A DNA stretch of 64,000 nucleotides from Thermoanaerobaculia bacterium (GCA_036558325.1 DATBFU010000061.1:13604-77603), one strand, 5' to 3'. Shown: positions 45,724-53,908, counted from the first letter of the stretch. Program-made: numbers and translations. Notes: a model not told the origin generated them from the letters alone.

Positions 45724-47084
45724 GCACGAAACGCCGGACCGGAGAGCTCCGAATCGAGCCTCATGCGGCGGCGCTCTCCACCGACCCGTCCGGCAAGAGC
45801 GTCGAGCGCCTGCGCCAGGAGCGGCTGGTGTACGACGGGGTGACAGGCCTGCCGCTCCATCCCTTCGAGGAGCCCGACCGCGTCGCGTCCGTCGAGCGCG
45901 TCGAGCGCCTCGGCGTGATCTATCTCCAGATCGGCAAGTTCTTCGGCTTCGAGGAGCTCTACGGCTGGGAGCTCTACGATCGCGTGCTCGTGGCCGTCGC
46001 GGACGGCCTGCGCGCCGACGTCGCGAAGTCCCGTCTCGCGCCGCACTTCGTCTCGCTCCGCTACTCGGGCTCCGACGGCTTCTACGTCCTCTTCGACCTG
46101 CCGTCGTCTCCGCGGGGACGTTCCGTGCCCTCGCTCGAGGAGGTTGGACTCGAGTTCCAGCTCGCCGCCATGCGGCGGCTCCGCGAGACCTTCGGCGGCA
46201 CGACGGTCGATCTCATGAGCGTCCACGTCTCCAGCCTCTCGGCGGACGACAACCCGCGCGTGCGCCCGTCGAGGCACTTGATCCGCAACCTCTTCGAGGC
46301 GGCGAAGATCGTCTCGCAGCGCCAGACGCGCGAGAAACTGGACCTCTGCGCCGAGCTGAAGGGCGTGATCGGGCGGCGGCGCCTCAAGGCGGCGTTCCAG
46401 CCCGTGCGGTCCCTGCCCGACGGCAAGATCCACGGCTATGAAGCGCTCATCCGCGGCCCTCAGGGGAGCTCGCTCGAGCGGCCGAACGTCCTCTTCGCCG
46501 TCGCCCACGAGAACGAGATGTCGGTCGAGCTCGAGACGCTCTGCCTCGAGACGATCTTCAAGAGCCTTCCGCGCGCCGTCTCGACGGGGCGTCTCTTCGT
46601 CAACGCGTCGTCTCAGCTCCTGCGCCATCCGATCTTCCTCGACGACCGCAACCTCAAGGCGATCAACCGCAGCCATGCGGACGTGGTCGTCGAGATCTCG
46701 GAGAAGGAGATGGTCGGCGACTACTCCTCGTTCGCCGAGATCGTGCGGCGCATCCGCGGCTCGCGCCTCCAGATCGCGATCGACGACGCGGGCTCCGGCT
46801 ACTCGGGCCTCGAGACGATCCTCAACCTGCGGCCGGACTACATCAAGGTGGCCGACTCCCTCGTGCGCGGCCTCGAGACGGACCCGATCAAGCGCGAGAT
46901 CATCGCCAGCCTCGCGGCGATCGGGAGCCGCATCGGCGCGATCGTCATCGCCGAAGGCGTCGAGCGGGAAGAAGAGCGCGCGAGCCTCGTCGAGCTCGGT
47001 ATTCCGTACGGGCAGGGATACCTGCTCGGACGTCCCGCCGTGCACGGGAAGGGGCGGCGCCGACAGGTCGAGAAAGCCCACTAA
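45720..47084 (+). CDS. c-di-GMP phosphodiesterase: degenerate GGDEF domain + intact EAL domain
   Basis: The GGDEF position reads SGSDGF. The EAL motifs are all present: YEALIRGP, NASS, EISEKE, AIDDAGSGYSGL, DYIKVAD, AEGVE, GQGYLLGRP. The start overlaps the REC stop (ATGA). Confidence 0.85.
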   Translation: MSTKRRTGELRIEPHAAALSTDPSGKSVERLRQERLVYDGVTGLPLHPFEEPDRVASVERVERLGVIYLQIGKFFGFEELYGWELYDRVLVAVADGLRADVAKSRLAPHFVSLRYSGSDGFYVLFDLPSSPRGRSVPSLEEVGLEFQLAAMRRLRETFGGTTVDLMSVHVSSLSADDNPRVRPSRHLIRNLFEAAKIVSQRQTREKLDLCAELKGVIGRRRLKAAFQPVRSLPDGKIHGYEALIRGPQGSSLERPNVLFAVAHENEMSVELETLCLETIFKSLPRAVSTGRLFVNASSQLLRHPIFLDDRNLKAINRSHADVVVEISEKEMVGDYSSFAEIVRRIRGSRLQIAIDDAGSGYSGLETILNLRPDYIKVADSLVRGLETDPIKREIIASLAAIGSRIGAIVIAEGVEREEERASLVELGIPYGQGYLLGRPAVHGKGRRRQVEKAH

Positions 47085-47163
47085 CGCGCCGCCGCCGCCC
47101 TGGCGGGGAGCTTGCAACGCCGCATCGGTGCACGCCCGGAAGGAAGGCACCGATGTCGTCCAC

Positions 47164-48498
47164 GTGCCCGAAAGCGTGAACGGAGGCCTCTTCGTGGGGA
47201 TCGCACGCGGCGGCGCGATCCTGATCCTGATGCTGCTCGCGATTCCGGCCCTCGCGCAGGAGGACTATGCGCGGCAGCGGCAGGAAGCCGGCGTCGAGGA
47301 GTACCGGGCCGGGAACTTCCGCCGCGCCGAGGAGGAGTTCCGGCAGGCCGCCTTCGCCTCCTTGAACGACGCCAGTCGTTACCTGGAATCCCTGGCCCGT
47401 CTGGTCGTCGCGCTGGACGCCGAGGGCAAGCGCGACGAGGTCGAGAAGACTCTCACGCGCTTTCTCTCGATCGAGGAGATGGAGGGAGGCTATTCGGCGA
47501 GCGCGCTGGAGCCCGATTTCCGGAAGGCCTTCCACGACGTTCTCCTGCGCTCGACGCCGAGGGAGCGAATCGAGCGACTTCCGCGTCTGGCCGAAGAACT
47601 CGGGCTCGTGCCGGCGCCGGCCACCACCACCGCCCCTTCTTCAACTCACGCGCCGGCGGCTCCTTCGGCGGCGACTACCGGGATCCCGACGGTCGCGGCC
47701 ACGCCGGAGCCCACGCGGACTTTCACTCTCCCGCCGGCGGCAACGGACACTCCGTCGCCGACCGCGACCGTTCCACCCTCGCCGACCCGAACCGCGACGG
47801 CCGTCCCCACTTCGACGCCGTCGCCGACTTTGACGGCCACCTCGACGCTTACGCGTACCTCGTCGGAGACGCCGACTTCGACTCGAACTCCCACTCCGAC
47901 GGCGAGCTCGACGCCGACGGCGTCGCGGACTGCGACTGCGACCGCTCGTCCCTCGGCGACCCGCACTGCGACTCCGGTTCCCACTTCGACGCCGTCGCCG
48001 ACTCGCACCCTCACCTCGACACGAACACGGACGCCGTCGGAGACCCCGACCTCGACTCGAACTTCCGCTCCGACGGCGACCCGGACCGCCACGGCAATCC
48101 CGACGGCGAGGCCTTCGCCGACCCGGACGGCGCCCGCGATCTTCGTCCCTCCGCGCCAGGTCGACACGCCGCCTCGTCCGATCCGGCGCGTGATGCCAAT
48201 TTACCCGCCGGAGGCGCTCCGAAAGCGAGTTCGCGGGCTCGTGGTGCTGCGCGTGCTGGTCTCCGAGAAAGGAGAGCCGGTCGAAATCCGCGTCGAGAAG
48301 GGACGAACGGGCCTGACGGACGCCGCGCGGGAAGCGGTCCGGCAATGGCGCTTCGAGCCCGCGACGAAGGCCGGCCGGCCGGTCCGGACGTTCACAACCG
48401 TCGAGATTCCCTTCGAGGCCATCCTCTTCGCCCGAACGCCGTTCCCCGAGGCGCCGGCGCCTGCTCCCTCGCCGACCCGCGTCAAGTCGAATCGATAG
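47164..48498 (+). CDS. TonB-like protein: membrane anchor, helical/TPR-like segment, long Pro/Thr/Ser repeat linker, TonB C-terminal domain
   Basis: The C-terminus (PIYPPEALRKRVRGLVVLRVLVSEKGEPVEIRVEKG...AREAVRQWRFEPA) is TonB_C-like. The start is uncertain: in-frame GTGs lie at 47164, 47176 and 47194, downstream of GGAAGGAAGG. Confidence 0.7.
   Translation: MPESVNGGLFVGIARGGAILILMLLAIPALAQEDYARQRQEAGVEEYRAGNFRRAEEEFRQAAFASLNDASRYLESLARLVVALDAEGKRDEVEKTLTRFLSIEEMEGGYSASALEPDFRKAFHDVLLRSTPRERIERLPRLAEELGLVPAPATTTAPSSTHAPAAPSAATTGIPTVAATPEPTRTFTLPPAATDTPSPTATVPPSPTRTATAVPTSTPSPTLTATSTLTRTSSETPTSTRTPTPTASSTPTASRTATATARPSATRTATPVPTSTPSPTRTLTSTRTRTPSETPTSTRTSAPTATRTATAIPTARPSPTRTAPAIFVPPRQVDTPPRPIRRVMPIYPPEALRKRVRGLVVLRVLVSEKGEPVEIRVEKGRTGLTDAAREAVRQWRFEPATKAGRPVRTFTTVEIPFEAILFARTPFPEAPAPAPSPTRVKSNR
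47806..48153 (+). repeat. two tandem ~174-bp (58-codon) copies inside the Pro/Thr-rich linker
   Basis: cccacttcgacgccgtcgccgact occurs at 47806 and again at 47980. The peptide copies are VPTSTPSPTLTATSTLTRTSSETPTSTRT... and VPTSTPSPTRTLTSTRTRTPSETPTSTRT... Confidence 0.7.
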
Positions 48499-48560
48499 CG
48501 ACGCTTCCGGTCCGCGCCGGCGAGGCACCGCGTGCCTGCCGTTATGATCCGGCCGCCACC

Positions 48561-49931
48561 GTGACCTCCGCGACGCCCCGCGCCCCGTATCTGTCTCTGC
48601 GCCACCGCGACTACCGGCGGCTGCTCACCTCGCAGTTCTTCTCGTTGATCGGGTCGCAGATGCAGGTCGTCGCCATCAACTGGCACATTTACCTGTTGAC
48701 GCGATCGCCCCTCGCCCTCGGTTTCGTCGGCCTGACGCGCGTCGTACCCATCGTTCTCTTCTCTCTCTGGGCGGGCGTCGTCGCGGATCGCCGCGACCGG
48801 CGCCGCGTCATGATCGCGGCGCAGTCGGCCATGACCGTCGTGGCGCTCTTGCTCGCGATCCTCACCTACGCCCGGCGCGAGACGCTCTGGATGCTGTACG
48901 GGCTGAACCTGCTCGCCTCGACGGCCGTCGCGTTCGACGGTCCGGCGCGTCAGGCCCTGATCCCGCGGCTCGTTCCGTCGGAAGATCTGCCGGGCGCGCT
49001 GTCGCTCAATCTGTCGGTCTTCCAGGCGTCTCTGATCGGAGGACCGGCGCTCGCGGGGCTCATCATCGGCGCCCGGTCGGGCCCGGGACACGGCCTCCCG
49101 GCGGCCGGCGCGCCGATCGCGAACGGGAGTCTCGCCCTCATCTACTTCCTGAACGCGGTGTCGTTTCTCGCCGTGATCGGCGTGCTCGCGCGGATGCACA
49201 CTTCGGGGGCGCCCGAGGCCGGTTCCGACGCCGCGCCGCCCTTCGAGTCGCTCAAGGAAGGCCTGCGGTTCGTCTTCTCGACGCCGCTGATGGTCTGGAC
49301 GATGTGTCTCGATTTCCTGGCGACGTTCTTCTCCGGCTCCATGTCGCTCCTGCCGATCGTGGCCGACCAGGTCCTGAAGGTCGGCGCCCGAGGCTACGGC
49401 GTGCTCGCTTCCGCGCCCGCCGCGGGCGCGCTCCTCGGCTCCCTCCTCATCTCGATCCGGCCGCTTCCGTCGCGCCAGGGACGCGTCTTTCTGACGGCCG
49501 TCGCCGCCTACGGCGCCGCGACGGTCGTCTTCGGCCTCTCGCGGAGCTTTCCGCTCACGCTCCTCGCGCTCGCCGGAACCGGATTCGCGGACGCGATCTC
49601 GACCGTCATCCGCCAGACGCTCCGGCAGCTGCTGACGCCGGACCGCCTGCGCGGGCGGATGACGTCGGTCAACATGATCTTCTTCATGGGCGGCCCGCAG
49701 CTCGGAGAGCTCGAAGCGGGACTGCTCGCCTCGTTCTTCGCATCGGCGGTCGTGGGTGTGACCGTCTCGATCGTTTCGGGCGGCGCGGCGACGCTCATCC
49801 TGACCGGCGCCATCGCCGCCGCCGCGCCGGTTCTCCGCCGCTACGACTTCCGCCAGCACGCCGAGTACGTGCCGCGCTTCCCGGTCAAGGAGCCCACGCC
49901 GGGCCGCGCCGGAACGCCGATCGGGACGTAG
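48561..49931 (+). CDS. MFS transporter (EntS/DUF894-like)
   Basis: The GTG at 48561 is the only in-frame start after the TonB-like stop. The N-terminal block is YRRLLTSQFFSLIGSQMQVVAINWHIY, and about 12 hydrophobic segments follow. Confidence 0.8.
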   Translation: MTSATPRAPYLSLRHRDYRRLLTSQFFSLIGSQMQVVAINWHIYLLTRSPLALGFVGLTRVVPIVLFSLWAGVVADRRDRRRVMIAAQSAMTVVALLLAILTYARRETLWMLYGLNLLASTAVAFDGPARQALIPRLVPSEDLPGALSLNLSVFQASLIGGPALAGLIIGARSGPGHGLPAAGAPIANGSLALIYFLNAVSFLAVIGVLARMHTSGAPEAGSDAAPPFESLKEGLRFVFSTPLMVWTMCLDFLATFFSGSMSLLPIVADQVLKVGARGYGVLASAPAAGALLGSLLISIRPLPSRQGRVFLTAVAAYGAATVVFGLSRSFPLTLLALAGTGFADAISTVIRQTLRQLLTPDRLRGRMTSVNMIFFMGGPQLGELEAGLLASFFASAVVGVTVSIVSGGAATLILTGAIAAAAPVLRRYDFRQHAEYVPRFPVKEPTPGRAGTPIGT

Positions 49932-49955
49932 GACGGTTGCCGGACCGGCCGGCGC

Positions 49956-50414
49956 TCACTCCTGGATGACCCACTCCCGCGAGCCCGCCGCGCCCTCCGA
50001 AGAAAGAACGGCGTCCTGCTTCGAGTCGCTGAGGAAGCCGGACGCGCTCCAGGAGGATTCGTCGAAGACGCGGTCCGATCCCGCGCTGACCAGGCGGTCG
50101 CTCTGGCCATCGGACGAGACGACGTAACGGAACTCCGTTCCCCAGGCGTCGGTCAACGGCGTGCGGGCGATGTAGAGGGGCTGCACGAGATCGCGCAGCT
50201 CCGCCATCGTGGCCGCCTTCGGATAGACGCCGTGGTCGACGGCCCAGGCCTCGATCGCCGTCTGGATCGCGCGCATGTCCATGAGCGTGGGATTGCACTG
50301 GAAGACGTGGTCGGCGAGCTTCCGCGGGCAGGACGGCGGCGCATCGCCGGCCGAGAGGGACGCGGGTGCGAACGCCCCGACCGCGAGCAGGAGCATCGAG
50401 AGGGTCTTCGTCAT
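49956..50414 (-). CDS. secreted protein with a GspG/pseudopilin-like core but a Sec-type signal peptide
   Basis: 152 aa. The signal peptide is MTKTLSMLLLAVGAFAPASLSA. The core pattern (MDMRAIQTAIEAWAVDHGVYPKA...P.DAWG.EF.Y...D...L.S.G.D) resembles the T2SS GspG C-terminal domain. No prepilin leader is present. Confidence 0.5.
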   Translation of the reverse strand: MTKTLSMLLLAVGAFAPASLSAGDAPPSCPRKLADHVFQCNPTLMDMRAIQTAIEAWAVDHGVYPKAATMAELRDLVQPLYIARTPLTDAWGTEFRYVVSSDGQSDRLVSAGSDRVFDESSWSASGFLSDSKQDAVLSSEGAAGSREWVIQE

Positions 50415-50457
50415 CGCAAACCTCCTTGTCGTCGCCGGATCGTGCCGGCTGTGTTAT

Positions 50458-50481
50458 AGTGTATTAGTACACTGATACAAT
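50458..50481 (+). promoter_or_regulatory. candidate GntR/YtrA operator (AGTGTA-N4-TACACT) followed by a TACAAT -10 box
   Basis: The sequence is AGTGTAttagTACACTgaTACAATgtccagATG. It is an AT-rich island in a GC-rich context. The -10 box ends 6 nt before the start codon at 50488, which predicts a leaderless transcript. Confidence 0.45.
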
Positions 50482-50487
50482 GTCCAG

Positions 50488-50892
50488 ATGATCCGGACCC
50501 TTCAGATCGACCCATCCGACGCGACGCCGATCTGGGCGCAGATCGAGGAGGGGATGCGCCGCCTCGTCGCTTCGAAGGCGCTCGCTCCCGGCGCGGCCGT
50601 TCCGTCGGTGCGCGATCTCGCGAAGGACCTCTCGGTCAACCCCGCGACCGTCGCGAAGGCCTACCAGCGCCTGACCGACGCCGGCATCTTCTCGGTGCGC
50701 CGCGGCGACGGGACCTACGTCGCCGACTCGCCTCCCGCGCCGCCGCGCGGCGAGCGGACGCGCGCGCTCCGAGAGGGCGCCGCGAGATACGGAAGCCTCG
50801 CCGCGACGCTCGGCGCGAGCCTCGAGGAAGCGCAGGAGCAGCTCGAAACGGCCTGGAAGGAATTCGCGGAGTCGAAAGGAGGCCGACGGTGA
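50488..50892 (+). CDS. GntR family (YtrA-subfamily-like, short) transcriptional regulator
   Basis: 134 aa. The winged HTH is PIWAQIEEGMRRLVASKALAPGAAVPSVRDLAKDLSVNPATVAKAYQRLTDAGIFSVRRGDGTYV, followed by a short C-terminal helical tail. Confidence 0.9.
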   Translation: MIRTLQIDPSDATPIWAQIEEGMRRLVASKALAPGAAVPSVRDLAKDLSVNPATVAKAYQRLTDAGIFSVRRGDGTYVADSPPAPPRGERTRALREGAARYGSLAATLGASLEEAQEQLETAWKEFAESKGGRR

Positions 50893-51815
50893 GCGACACC
50901 CCGATCCTGGCGGCCGAGGAGATCACGGTGCGCTACGGCCGGAAAGTCGCGTGCGACCGCGTCTCCCTCTCCGTCCCGGGCGGCGCCGTCTATGCGCTCC
51001 TCGGCCGCAACGGCGCCGGCAAGTCCTCGCTCGTGCAGTGCGTCCTCGGGCAGCGCAAGCCCGACTCGGGACGCGCGCTCCTCTTCGGCGAGGATTCGTG
51101 GCGCACGCGGGCGCGCGCGATGGCCCGAACCGGCGTCGTGCCGGAGGAGCCGGACGCTCCGCCGGCGATGACGCGCGAGGCGCTCGTCGATTTCTGCCGC
51201 CGTCTCTATCCCTCCTGGGACTCCGCCGGCACGGCGGCGCGCCTCGACCGCTTCGGCGTCCCGGGAGGCGTTCCCTTCGGCAGGCTCTCGAAGGGCCAGA
51301 AAGGCATGCTGCTCCTTTCCCTCGCGCTCGCGCCGTCGCCGGAGCTTCTGGTGCTCGACGATCCGACGCTCGGGCTCGATCCCGTCGCCCGCAAGGCCCT
51401 CTTCGAGGAGATCGTCGTCGAGCTCGCCGATCGCGGGACGACCGTTTTCCTCACGACGCACGACCTCGCCGGCATCGAGGGCATCGCGACGCGGGTCGGA
51501 ATCCTGAAGGATGGGCGCCTCGTGCTGGACGAGGAGCTCGAGGCGCTGAAGCGCCGTTTCCGCCGCATCCGTTACGGCAACCGCCAGACCGAGACGCGCG
51601 AGGCCTTCGGTACGGAGCTCGACGCGTTCGAGGCGGTGAAGGTGAAGGTCCGCGGCTGGGGCATCGACGCCGTCGTCTCGAACTTCGACGACGCCGCGTT
51701 CGAGCGATTCCGGGGCATCGAAGGCGTGGAAGACGCCGCGACCTCCGCAATGTCGCTCGAGGAGATCTTTCTCGCCGTGGCCGGCGAGTCCGTGAAAGAG
51801 AGAGGCGCCGCATGA
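50889..51815 (+). CDS. ABC transporter ATP-binding protein
   Basis: The GTG start overlaps the gntR stop (GTGA). The motifs are Walker A GRNGAGKSS, signature LSKGQKGML and Walker B LLVLDDPT. Confidence 0.9.
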   Translation: MSDTPILAAEEITVRYGRKVACDRVSLSVPGGAVYALLGRNGAGKSSLVQCVLGQRKPDSGRALLFGEDSWRTRARAMARTGVVPEEPDAPPAMTREALVDFCRRLYPSWDSAGTAARLDRFGVPGGVPFGRLSKGQKGMLLLSLALAPSPELLVLDDPTLGLDPVARKALFEEIVVELADRGTTVFLTTHDLAGIEGIATRVGILKDGRLVLDEELEALKRRFRRIRYGNRQTETREAFGTELDAFEAVKVKVRGWGIDAVVSNFDDAAFERFRGIEGVEDAATSAMSLEEIFLAVAGESVKERGAA

Positions 51816-53692
51816 AGACCACGACCGTTGCCGCGATCGTCCGCAGGGAGTTCCAGGAGCATCGGATGGCGCTCGCGGCGGCCGCGTTCTCGGCGGCGAT
51901 GCCGTTTCTCGTCCCGCTCGCCCGGGGTCTCCACGGAGGCGTCTATCGCGAAGCTCGGGAGTCGCTCGCCTTTCTCGTCGCGGCGTCGTTTGCGATCGTG
52001 TTCGCGCTCGCCCTCGGGTGGACCGCGCTATCGCGCGATCTTGCCGAGCGGCGTCTCGGCTTCTATCTCTCGCGCCCGATTCCGGGCGGGGCGCTCTGGG
52101 CGGGAAGGCTCGGCGGCGCCTGGCTCCTGGCGCTCGCGGCGGCGGCGATCGTCTGGCTCCCCTCGTGGCTCGCGAGCGGGGGCCGGACCGCGCTCGTGGA
52201 TCTGCCGCTCTGGTCGGGGTGGGCGGTTGTCGCGGCCGCGGCCGTGCTGGTCGTCCTGGCGCATGCCGCGTCGATCGCGCTGCGGTCGCGGTCGGGTCTC
52301 CTGCTCGTCGACCTCCTGGTGCTGTCGTCTTCTGCGGGCGCCATCGCCTGGCTCGCGCGACTCCTCCTGCGGCGGTCCGCCTGGGGGCCGCTCCGCGTCG
52401 GAGGCGCCGTCGTCGCCGCCGCCGTCCTGCTCGGCGCGCTCGCCGGCGGCCTCGCCGCGGTGACGCGCGGAAGGAGCGACATCCGCTCCGCGCACCGCGC
52501 CCTCTCGCCGCGGATCTGGAGCGGCCTCGCGTGCGGCGCGATGGGCTTCGGCGCCGTGACGCTGTGGGTGCTGTCGGCCGGACCGTCGGACTTGAAGCTC
52601 GTCGGCGCGGTCGCGGCACCGCGCGGGAGCTGGGTCGCCGTCGCGGGAAGCGCCCGCGGAGCGCTGACCGGTTTTCTCATCGACACCGCAACCGGCAAAT
52701 ACTCTCCCGCAGGCTCCGCCCGGCCGGAGACCAGATGGTGGGAGGGCCCCTCGTTCTCAGCCGACGGCCGGACCGCCGCCTGGCTCGAACCGGCGGGTGG
52801 CGCGACCTATGAGCTCGTCACGGCGTCGCTGTCCGCCAACGGCGCCGCGGCGCGCCGGAGCGGCTTCGAGACGATGTCCCTTCCCGACGATCTCGAGCTA
52901 TCGCCGGACGGAAACCGCGTTGCGCTCGTCGGCTCGGGTCGGGTCGAGATCGTCGACGCGGCGACGGGACGTCTCCTCACTGCCGAGCATTTGTCGGCCA
53001 CGTACCCGACCATGGTCGGGGCCTTCCTCGGATCTGACCGCTTTCTCGCGGCGATCTGGGGCTCGGACCGGCTCGACCTCTTCGAGCTCGACATCACGGC
53101 CCGGCGGATCGCGCGGCGGACGACGATCTCCGGGCTCGAGGGCTGGTACACGTTCGCGTTCGATGCCTCCGCGAAGCGGGTGCTCGTCCGCGAGAAGAGC
53201 GGAAGGCGCCTGCGCCTTTTCGAAATCGGAACGGGAAATCCGATCGCGACGCTCGCCGAGGGACCTCCGCAGAACAGCAGCTGGGCCCTCTTCCTCTCCG
53301 ACGGACGCATCGTCTACCTGACGGCCGGGGACGATGGCGCAAGCCTCCGGCTCTTCTCCGCCGACGGCCGGCCGGAGCGCTCGATCGAAATTCCGCGCCG
53401 GCGCGCGCTCCCCGGAGGCGAGGTCGCGCCGGGAAAGTTCGTGTTCGCGACCTGGAGCGGCGACACCAGCGGAACGGTTCTCTACCTCGCCGACCTCGAT
53501 TCCGGCGACGTCCGGCGCGTCGCGGACGGCCTCTATCCCGTCCTCTGGTTTGCGACCCGGCTGGCTCCGGTCGCGCCGGGATCCGACGCGACCGAGCTGT
53601 TCTATTCGACCGGCGACATCCGCGGCCTCGTCCGCTTCGACCCTCTGACCGGAGAGCGGCGCGTGATCCTGAAGGGCCGCAAAGAGGGCTAG
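51812..53692 (+). CDS. polytopic membrane protein (ABC-2-like, ~6 TM) fused to a C-terminal PD40/TolB-like beta-propeller region
   Basis: The ATG overlaps the ATPase stop (ATGA). The first ~290 aa are very hydrophobic. The remaining ~330 aa contain blade-like repeats (FSADGRTAAW, LSPDGNRVAL, FLSDGRIVYL, FSADGRPERS). Confidence 0.75.
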   Translation: MKTTTVAAIVRREFQEHRMALAAAAFSAAMPFLVPLARGLHGGVYREARESLAFLVAASFAIVFALALGWTALSRDLAERRLGFYLSRPIPGGALWAGRLGGAWLLALAAAAIVWLPSWLASGGRTALVDLPLWSGWAVVAAAAVLVVLAHAASIALRSRSGLLLVDLLVLSSSAGAIAWLARLLLRRSAWGPLRVGGAVVAAAVLLGALAGGLAAVTRGRSDIRSAHRALSPRIWSGLACGAMGFGAVTLWVLSAGPSDLKLVGAVAAPRGSWVAVAGSARGALTGFLIDTATGKYSPAGSARPETRWWEGPSFSADGRTAAWLEPAGGATYELVTASLSANGAAARRSGFETMSLPDDLELSPDGNRVALVGSGRVEIVDAATGRLLTAEHLSATYPTMVGAFLGSDRFLAAIWGSDRLDLFELDITARRIARRTTISGLEGWYTFAFDASAKRVLVREKSGRRLRLFEIGTGNPIATLAEGPPQNSSWALFLSDGRIVYLTAGDDGASLRLFSADGRPERSIEIPRRRALPGGEVAPGKFVFATWSGDTSGTVLYLADLDSGDVRRVADGLYPVLWFATRLAPVAPGSDATELFYSTGDIRGLVRFDPLTGERRVILKGRKEG

Positions 53693-53719
53693 CCGTCATG
53701 CGCGGTCAGACCCGAACCT

Positions 53720-53855
53720 CTCGCTGTCATCCCGAGCGAGAGCCAGGGATCCCGAACTCGGCAGACCGCGTGCCGGCAGCGGATGGGGTGACGTCGGCAT
53801 CCGACGCGGGAAAGCTCGGGATCCCTCGTCGAAGACTCCTCGGGATGACAGCGAG
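53720..53855. repeat. palindromic intergenic element, copy 2 (best preserved; 17-bp perfect terminal inverted repeats)
   Basis: The ends are ctcgctgtcatcccgag ... ctcgggatgacagcgag. The inner inverted repeat is cagggatcccgaactcggcag ... aagctcgggatccctcg. The track ORFs through it (VIPSESQGSRT..-like peptides) are artefacts. Confidence 0.8.
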
Positions 53856-53875
53856 TAGGGAATCGCTCACCCCGA

Positions 53876-53908
53876 CCCTCTCCCCTCACCGGGAGAGGGG
53901 AGAAGAGG
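53876..53908. repeat. second short hairpin element (ccctctcccctcaccgggagaggggagaagagg)
   Basis: It forms an imperfect stem (TCCCCTC / GAGGGGA) directly after the palindromic element. Only one copy occurs in this window. Confidence 0.35.

Noticed and set aside
44037-47084. Detocs-like defensive two-component system (HK + buffer REC + REC-effector)
   Set aside because: The gene order is superficially similar. However, the third protein has no receiver domain and carries GGDEF*-EAL signalling domains rather than a toxic effector. The upstream GGDEF-PilZ gene points to c-di-GMP signalling instead.
47640-48170. Possible CRISPR array or other non-coding tandem repeat
   Set aside because: The periodicity is in frame within a long ORF that ends in a TonB C-terminal domain. 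There are no constant repeats alternating with unique spacers and no cas genes, so it is a coding Pro/Thr repeat.
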